Assembly (NCBI GenBank): GCA_039096225.1
Contig: JBBPEB010000003.1
Span: forward strand, 124,001 to 188,000
Source of the DNA: Blastocystis sp. Blastoise
Taxonomy: Eukaryota; Protista; Bigyra: Opalinata
Length of the DNA stretch: 64,000 nt
Direction: 5' to 3'
The notes under the pieces: generated by a model
The model's input: the letters and a program-made list of their open reading frames with translations, nothing else
Database searches by the model: none
What the model was told of the DNA's origin: nothing
Shown: in pieces, positions 48,810 through 64,000 of the stretch
Numbering within the stretch: the first letter of the stretch is position 1
Layout of the letters: every line of letters starts with the position of its first letter
Made by a program: the position numbers and the translations under genes

Positions 48810-49853
48810 TCATTACTATATAGAAAGTCGAAGAAGAAGTTGTGTCGTGTACTAACGAATTAAGTCAACTTCAGAATCGTCTGACTGAGTATGAAAATGC
48901 TGCCCTCTCTTTCGAAACCGGCGGGATTACAACAGAAGAAGAAGGAAATATTGGAGAACGTATAAATGAAGTATATATATATATATATTTATTTTATTTT
49001 TATTTTATTTTTTTATTTATTAAGTATTAACATATAGTTTTAATTCATATATATATATATATATATAGAATAAAGCCCTTTTAACAAATACCCGCGGTAC
49101 AATTGCTCAAACTGAACAGAAATTGGAAATGTCCAATCAAATGTTAGTGTCTCTTGAAGGAAAACACAAATTATTTACAGAGAGTAATAAGCATATGGAA
49201 GAGGAACACAAATCTCGAATTGATCTTATACATAAATATGAAAATGAATTAAATAAATTGGAATTTAATAATAATCGATATAATGAAATACAAATTATTC
49301 TTAATGTATATATAGTATTATTTTTATTATTATTATTATTAGGGTTATAATTATTATCTTAATTCTCTCTATTAATTATCTTTATATATATATAGAATAA
49401 AGAGAGAGAGATTCAGCACGTATCAGATGAATCTGATAAATTGGATGCGACTGTGAATTCCTGCTTACACTTTGAATATACAACACCTACAAATAGAAAC
49501 TTTAAAGAAAATGGAGTCAAAGGAATAGTAGCTAATCTGATTCATGTGGAAAACCGCGATTATATCACTGCTCTAGAGACTGTAGCAGGAGGGAAATTAT
49601 ATCAAGTATATATATAGTTATCTATATGATTTATCAATAGCTCTATATAGACTATTATATATATATTATAGATTGTAGTAGATACAGAAGAAACCGGGAA
49701 ATGTCTTCTTAATGAAGGTCACCTTCGTAAGAGATATACTTTCATCCCGCTAAATCGAATTAAAAGTCGAGTTCTCCCGCCACATAAAGTATCCCTCGCA
49801 CAAAAAATTGGAGGGAATGATGTCGGATTAGCATTATCTTTTGTATATATATA

Positions 49854-49924
<71 letters not shown>

Positions 49925-50006
49925 GATAGCATCTGATGAGGAATTAGCCCCTGCAATGCAGTATGTGTTTGGAAATACACTTATATGCAAAGATCTCAAT
50001 ACAGCT

Positions 50007-50038
<32 letters not shown>

Positions 50039-50869
50039 TATGTTTATTATGACTACTATATAGGTTACGTTCAATGAAGGTATTCGTACGAAAAGTGTAA
50101 CGTTAGAAGGGGATTCTTGTGATCCCTCAGGTACCTTAGAAGGCGGCAGTAGAGACCGCGAAGCCAATATCTTGCAAACACTCTATGTATATATTATTAA
50201 TATTATTATTATTGTATTGAATATATTTATTATTAATAATATTATTGTATTGAATATATTTATTATTACTATTATATATAGCGTGTAAATGAATTACATA
50301 ATCAGTTGGAGGCATTACGTCATGAACATATGAATATTCGAAAAGAATTCGAAATCCTTAGTACGAAACGTCAACGCTTTTCTGAATTATCCACAAGTTT
50401 AGAACTTGAAAAACATAATTTAGAGTTATTGGATCAGAAGATGAAGATGAGTGACAGTGGCATTCTAAGTCAACAAATAGCTGATATTCACGGGGAAATA
50501 GAAGAATATAATAAGGTTATTGAAGAGAATAAGAAAAAGGAACAAGAGATTTTTGAGAAAATTAAAGTATATTGAAAGTTATATATATATATTGATTTTA
50601 TTTATATTAATTATTATTATATTTATTATATGCTTATGATTATTATACTCATTATTATTATGCTAATTACTCTCTAGTTATTGGAGTCCAAGCAGAATAC
50701 GATGATGAATTCAAAAGAGGATTATATGAAGGGCGTAGAGAAGAAGATCCTCGAGGTGAAGAAGGAACTGAAGAAGAAAGACAAAGAACTCAATACTAAG
50801 AAGCATCATGCACAAGTATAGCATTATTATTATGTTTATTATGTTTATTATTATTTTTTTTTTTTTTTT

Positions 50870-50924
<55 letters not shown>

Positions 50925-52600
50925 TCTATAGGAATTACAGATTGAGTTGGATCAGGCTAAATATGAGTATAATAATATATTAACAAAGATCTCGACTTCG
51001 GAGGGTATAATAATCTCCCTTAAAGAGAATGTCAGCAAATATAATACTGAATTAAATGAACTGAAATCTAATTATGAGAGTACTCAGAAAGATGTACAAG
51101 AGAAGAAGAAGGAGATTGAATCTTATGAAATAGAAATCAAAAGAATGATTAAGGAACAAGATAATAATATAAAAGTCATTAATGATCTTGAAGTATATAT
51201 ATATAATTGAATGTAATTATTGAATATTTTTCTATTATTCTTTTAATATTTTTCTATTATTCTTTTAATATTTTTTAATTATATATATACCTATATATGT
51301 AATTGAATGTAATTATTAAAATATGTATCTATTATTCTTTGAATATTTAGTTATTAATTATACCTATATATATAGACGAATATTCGTAAATTAGATAATC
51401 AGATATCGAAGATACAAAAGGAGAAACAGGAGAGTATGAAACAAGTAAGTAAGTTATTGTCGGATTTCCCCTGGATTGAGGAGGAGAAACAGTATTTTGG
51501 GAAGGAAGGAACAGATTATGATTTTAATATAAAGAATCCACAAGATCGAATTGATAGACTACAACAGGTATATATATATTATTATTATTATTATTATTAT
51601 TGTATAGTCTATTTAATACCTTTTTTTTTACTTATTATTATATTTATATATACTTATGTTGATACTAAATATATTTTACATTCATTTTATTAAACAATTC
51701 TTTTTAATGATATTATCAATGTATAACTATATATATATAGTTGGAGAGTGAGCAAGATAAATTAGGTCGACGAATCAATAAGAAGGTTATGACTATGTTA
51801 GAGAAAGCAGAAGGTGAATATACCGATTTATTAAAGAAAAAGAAGATTATTGAAAAAGATAAAACACAAATTCAACATGTTATCGAAGAACTAGAAACGA
51901 AAAAGAATGAAGCCCTTCAAAGAACATATCAAAAAGTATATTATATATTATATTATTTACTATTTAATATATTATTTATTATTTAATATATTATTTATTA
52001 TTTAATATATTATGTATTATATATTATATTATTTATTATGTATTATTTAATATATTATTTAATATATATTTATATTAATTATTAAATAATAAATAAAATT
52101 ATACTAAAATAAGCCTTCTCTAAAATTTCTAGGTAAATCATGATTTTGGAGATATATTTACAAGTTTGCTTCCTGGAGCTAGTGCTAGATTAGAGCCACC
52201 TGAAGGTCAAAATGTAACTGAAGGATTAGAAGTACGTGTTGCATTCAGTGGTAAAGATAAAGAAAGTTTAAGTGAATTATCAGGAGGTCAACGATCTTTA
52301 TTAGCATTATCTTTGGTTTTATCATTATTATTATTTAAACCTGCTCCTATGTATATTCTTGATGAAGTCGATGCTGCTCTTGATTTAAGCCATACACAGA
52401 ATATTGGACGTATGCTTCGAAAACATTTTGGACAATCACAATTTATTATTGTTAGTTTGAAAGAGGGTATGTTTAATAATGCAAACGTTATTTTTAGAAC
52501 TAAATTTGTTGATGGTGTCAGTACTGTTACACGTACACTTGGAAGAACAAATAACAAAAATGATGATGATAACCAATCGAAAAGAATAAGAAAAGAATAA
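47092..52600 (+). CDS. SMC2: Structural maintenance of chromosomes 2 (condensin)
   Basis: [49 protein letters not shown], hinge, [11 protein letters not shown] and [23 protein letters not shown]. Confidence 0.98.
47970..48095 (+). repeat. Intronic minisatellite (~40-nt unit, ~3 copies)
   Basis: Repeated ATGTTCTTTATAAATATAG(C/T)TATATATATGATAC units in an SMC2 intron. Confidence 0.85.
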
Positions 52601-52987
52601 ATAAATTTATGTAAAAATTCATTCTATATATACTACATAAATTGTTTTACTCTCTATTTTGTTAATTTTGTTTGTTGCTTCTCAACACTTTTTCTATTTA
52701 TTCATTTATTTTATAATACATTTTTCTCTTTTTGTTTCTCAATATGTTTTTAGCATATTTATGCATGATCATAATTATATATTAAAAAATGTGCACTTTT
52801 ACATTATGTACTATCGTTCTTTTTTTATTTTTTTCCTTTTCCTCATGTAATGAATTCTTGTTTCGTTCATAAATAAAATAAAAACTAGACTTGTTTCAAA
52901 TAAAGAATAAATAAAATGAATTTACACAAAAAAGAAAGATTCTATAAAGAAGATTTTTTTTTGTGTTTTGTATTCATAGGTCATCAA

Positions 52988-53050
52988 CAGGGTGTGCCAA
53001 AACTGCGCTTTAAGCGCAAAGTGCGCTTTTCGATGTTGTTTTTGCGCTTA
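52988..53050 (+). mobile_element. Possible DNA-transposon end (CAGGG... terminus with TGCGCTT subterminal repeats)
   Basis: CAGGGTGTGCCAAAAC is followed by TGCGCTT x3 and one inverted copy, forming a GC island in AT-rich DNA. No partner end was seen. Confidence 0.35.
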
Positions 53051-54253
53051 AATCTTTTATTTCATTTTTCTTTTAATTTTTATAAATCTACATAGAATAA
53101 AACGTTTAATAATTTTTAGAGGATCGAGATAAGCTCAATAATGATGTTTTTGACATTTTACACGAGGTTTGTGTTTGTTGATGTAATTTGATTTGTTGTT
53201 GAATAAATAATAACCTTACACATATTATAATTAGAGAGCAAATTGAATTTTTTAGCATTTTTAGAATGTTAATCATGTAGTTATAATGATTGATTGTCTT
53301 TAAGTATTTAACAATTAGGAAAAAAGCGTGATTATGTGTAGATCTTAATAATATAGTAGTAGTAGAATCATAATAGCAATACATGCTTCAAATTTTTACA
53401 AAACTTTGAATTCTTTTAAATTGGCTAAATACTGATTATTAGTGGTCAAAAAATTTTCAAACTCAGCTCATCAAGACGCATTAATTTACACACTTTTCAT
53501 GAAAAAAAGACCGGGTGACATAAAAAAGTAATTCATTCATTGACTATTATACTATGACATGACAGTTTTTAACTTAAAACATATTATTTTGATATATAAT
53601 GTATAAATGTTTTGAAATAAGTCATCTAAGAAGATTTTTGTGACACATGTTGTGACAGATACATGACTTAAAAGTTCATAAGTCATCAAATAACAACAAG
53701 TATGATTCCTATATTTGACTATTTGTGTTAATTTGGGTGACAAATAAAAATTATTTTGTGACAAAAGTCAATTGCTTAAGATATTCTTTTGTATATTATT
53801 TTAAAGACTTTTATTTATGTTTATAATGAAAAATAATGTCAATAAATACTAAAAAATATTATAAAAAATAATAATGTAATTAAAAAGTTTTTATTTTTAT
53901 AAAATATCATGAAGTAGTCTTGTAGGGACTGTACAGATACATCCTGACAAGTAATAAAAATTAAATAAACGAAAAGCATATTAAAATATTATTTTTCAAA
54001 AATCAAACAAAAAACAATACAATGAACAAAAGCTGGATTTGAAAAAACAATACGTCCAACAAAATGATTTTTAATAGCCTTATAAAATGGTTTTAAAATG
54101 TATTTTATATGTAGAATAAGTCACACAACACATTTATAATATTTATATTATAAAATATATTGTTTTTATGTTTAAAAATAAAAAAATAAAAAAACGGTTA
54201 GTAGTCACTAGCTTTGCAATTATTATATGACTTGATGAAAAATATTATAAGGG

Positions 54254-54332
54254 AGTTGTTTGGTCAAATGGTCAGTGCGTATAAAATTTTTACATAGTGG
54301 ACGGATCGAATCTTACGAGGAACTATTTTTTT
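54254..54332 (+). pseudogene. tRNA-like Pol III element 1
   Basis: A box TGGTCAAATGG (54261-54271), B box GGATCGAATC (54303-54312), partial acceptor stem AGTT/AACT and a T7 run. The arms pair poorly. Confidence 0.5.
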
Positions 54333-54617
54333 AAACTTTTTCTTTTGACTGCTATTTACAATGATTTTATTTAAAATCAACTTTGTTTCATTTTTATTAT
54401 CTGTAAACATTATTTACATCATTGATATCTGCTTTTTAGTTTAGAATCAACATATCAACAAACTTTTTTTTTCAAAAAATAGTAATTATTGTTTAAAAAC
54501 AATTCTAAGTATTTCTAGAATGTTATAAATGTAATAAAAGAGCATAAATATAATATTTGAAGATATCAAATAATTTTAAACTTATTATATAGAACACATG
54601 AAAAAATAAAATTGAGA

Positions 54618-54695
54618 AATCGGTTGGTATAGTTGACCAGCGCTGTAGCTATTATGGTAATTGTCGCTGGATCGAATCTCGCAAGAGGCATTTTT
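54618..54695 (+). pseudogene. tRNA-like Pol III element 2
   Basis: A-box-like TGGTATAGTTG (54625-54635), B box GGATCGAATC (54669-54678) and a T5 run. No intact cloverleaf. Confidence 0.45.
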
Positions 54696-54880
54696 ATTTT
54701 TATTTCTTGGAAAAACATCTTTTTATGAAACTTGTTCTTTTATATATTTATTTTGATTATCTCTTGATACGATCATTTATTTTGGTTTAATTTAATTAAC
54801 TTAGTTTATCAAGAGTATTCGCCTTGAGTATTTATTTTAATTTTTATAATCTGCTTTACTTAATTACTTTCTTTCTTTAG

Positions 54881-61772
<6,892 letters not shown>

Positions 61773-62399
61773 GTATGCTGATATATATATATATATATGT
61801 ATATATTTTTTATTGTTATTTTATTATTCTTTCATATATATATATACATATTAAATGAAACTGGGTTGAATATAGGTATCAAGAAGTACCTAAATGTGAT
61901 TAAAAAGTTGAATAGTTTCTTTTCTTCTGTCTTTTGTATATTAATGCTTAAAGTAATTATTTCATTGCTTCGTTTAGTTTGAATATGTTTGATGGCTTAT
62001 ATCAAATAAATGATAGCTTTATTTGCTCATTTATAAAGACATTTTTTTGTATTTAGGTTAACTTTGTCAAAAATATTATGATTTATGGCCATGTATACAA
62101 ATAAGGTGAAAAGCCTTTCATTCAGTCTGATGACAAAACTCATGAGTATCATATTTTGTTACAAAAAACTTCCTTATGTGTTTGATAAATTCAGCAGAAT
62201 TAAGCATGGCTGAAAAAGTGTCACAAAATTTGGTGGCAAGTGTCACCAAAGTCAGGAAAGGACTGACTATTTGATTATTTTTAAAACTTCAGTCATTCTT
62301 TAAAAATTTCAATGATAATTTCATTCTTTTGTTAAAGATTCAAATCAGAATAAGATTATTGCCTATAATATTTTTTCAAACTTGCTTTCTATCTGCTTT

Positions 62400-64000
62400 C
62401 TGAACTAATAATGGTTTATCATTAAGATTCATATTGGTTTTTGTTGCATTGTGAACTCCTCTTAAATACTAGTCAATATCTACTACATGATGATTTCCCA
62501 TTGTTTGTTGATTGCTTTGTTACGTACTTGCTCGTTATGATCAGTGTTCAATACACATATCTTACAATGTGCTACGTGATGGATACTTATCAGTTACTTA
62601 TTCTTGGAATGATTACTTGCAATGTATAATTTTATGAATATTTACAGTTTGTTGCCTTCCATTTATTATTTACATCTGATTTGGTTACTCACCAAACTTC
62701 CTTACTTCTCTTCTTGAATTAGTATACTCATTTTTCTTTTTGTAACTTTGCGATTAATGAGATCTTTATTTATGTTGTTTGTATGTTTGATTTTATTCGA
62801 CTAATGTGCTTTTGATTGCTTGTTCTACTTTATAAGTGCTAATTATTTTGTTTTTGTTTTTTATTTTTCTGATACTTCCTTTTTTCATACTGTATTATAA
62901 TGGTATTTATATATAACGATGACATTTTCTTATAGATTTACTTATTATGAATTTTCTTATTCTTATTCTAGTATTTAATAAATACTTAAACACTTCATCT
63001 CTGCGATTAATACTTACTATGGTTACTAACATACATAAGTTTCTACTGAAGATAGTAGCAGATTAGTAACAATTGATGTTTATTTCTTTTCATCCTTAAA
63101 TCCTTTTGTCTATATTACAATATTATCATGTACTCTTATTCTATCAAGTTTACTATTATAAGTTTTTGAATGTTTTAGTATCTTATTGTGTAATTCTTTA
63201 ATATGCTATTATACAGGAAAGTATCTATATGATATTTCTTTGTTGTAGTTTTCTGTATAAAATTTTTGAATTTCTTTTTATTCTTTGTATATATTTTCAT
63301 CTTGGTTAATTATTCTTCAACTTCTCTTCATGTTATCGTTAGTCTACTATTATATATTGAATTTTTAGTTATAAACCTTATCTTATTTCCTTATCTTATT
63401 TCATCTTTTGTTCTTTTAAGGTATTATAGCATTACATTAATTGTATTAGTTTTCTGGTTTTTCAGTCTCTTCCTATCTTCTTCGTATGGTATCTTTATAT
63501 TTATTAGACTCTTCATTTCTTCTGGTGCTTTTCAATTATTATGTGATCATTCGTAATACTTCACCTGCATGTTCTTTTCCCTTTATTAAAGAGTTTCTAG
63601 ATGTGCTATTTTTATATTACTTTTATATTATCCTTAGTTGATATTCCTTTTTCTCCTATGATAGAATTCTTTATGTTCTTATGTTATTCTAATAGTCGTT
63701 TCATATTTCTCTATTAAACATACTATGAGATTTAATGACGATTTTCTTTTCCTTTAATAATTACAAATTCCTCACTATTATATATTATTATATATCTTAG
63801 TTTTATTATTCTAACAGATTTATTTTTATATTTGTTTCTATAATTGAAAACATACTCAATTAATTTATTTTCATATTTCATTCAAATATACTCTTCATAT
63901 ACATATTCATATCCTTCATTTATGGTTTTCTTCGTTTTCTCATGTTCTATATATTATCCCATGGTCTACTTATTTTTGTGCCTATTTTTAATCCTATACT
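62400..64000 (-). mobile_element. Heavily decayed coding relic, possibly a non-LTR retrotransposon
   Basis: The minus strand is purine-rich, intron-free and coding-like, but broken by many stops. Fragments IVTNLLLSSVETY (~63035-63073) and CKIC...HNEQVR (~62520-62570) loosely resemble post-RT and zinc-knuckle/RHN motifs. Confidence 0.3.

Noticed and set aside
52288-52557. Antisense ORFs (also 19631-20011, 14467-14700, 40615-40899)
   Set aside because: These are shadows of real coding exons on the opposite strand.
54254-54695. Functional tRNA genes
   Set aside because: The acceptor, anticodon and T stems do not pair adequately and no anticodon can be assigned.
62400-64000. Alternative genetic code with TAA/TAG read as Gln
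   Set aside because: TGA stops and frameshifts also interrupt the frame, and intact genes in the window end in TAA.

Overview
Very AT-rich, intron-dense eukaryotic nuclear DNA using the standard code. It is most consistent with a stramenopile gut protist of the Blastocystis type (inference from the AOX gene, ~30-nt minimal introns, TGTTTGTT-like 3' elements and minor introns). From 1 to 52600 there are 15 apparently intact genes: sacsin-like RING protein (5' end outside the window), three tandem tetraspanin-like genes, Spinster-type MFS transporter, coiled-coil protein, VPS9 GEF, DHHC palmitoyltransferase, OLA1/YchF, SCNM1, AOX, C2H2+HMG factor, Na+/H+ exchanger, ZC3H15 and SMC2. Most short ORFs in the supplied track are exon pieces running into (TA)n/(TAT)n intron microsatellites. 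The main result is five AT-AC minor-spliceosome (U12-type) introns read directly from the sequence. One position is shared by all three tetraspanin paralogues. A second position is AT-AC in one paralogue but GT-AG in the other two, suggesting class switching. The fifth is in the Na+/H+ exchanger. The minor-spliceosome factor SCNM1 lies in the same window. After 52900 the window changes character: a transposon-end-like GC island, TGAC-rich segments in inverted orientation, two tRNA-like Pol III relics, a truncated and frameshifted intron-containing UTP20 fragment, and a decayed minus-strand reading frame that may be a non-LTR retrotransposon. A palindromic CCGCGG / TTCCCGYGGGAA motif looks over-represented throughout. 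All gene models were spliced by eye and no searches were run.
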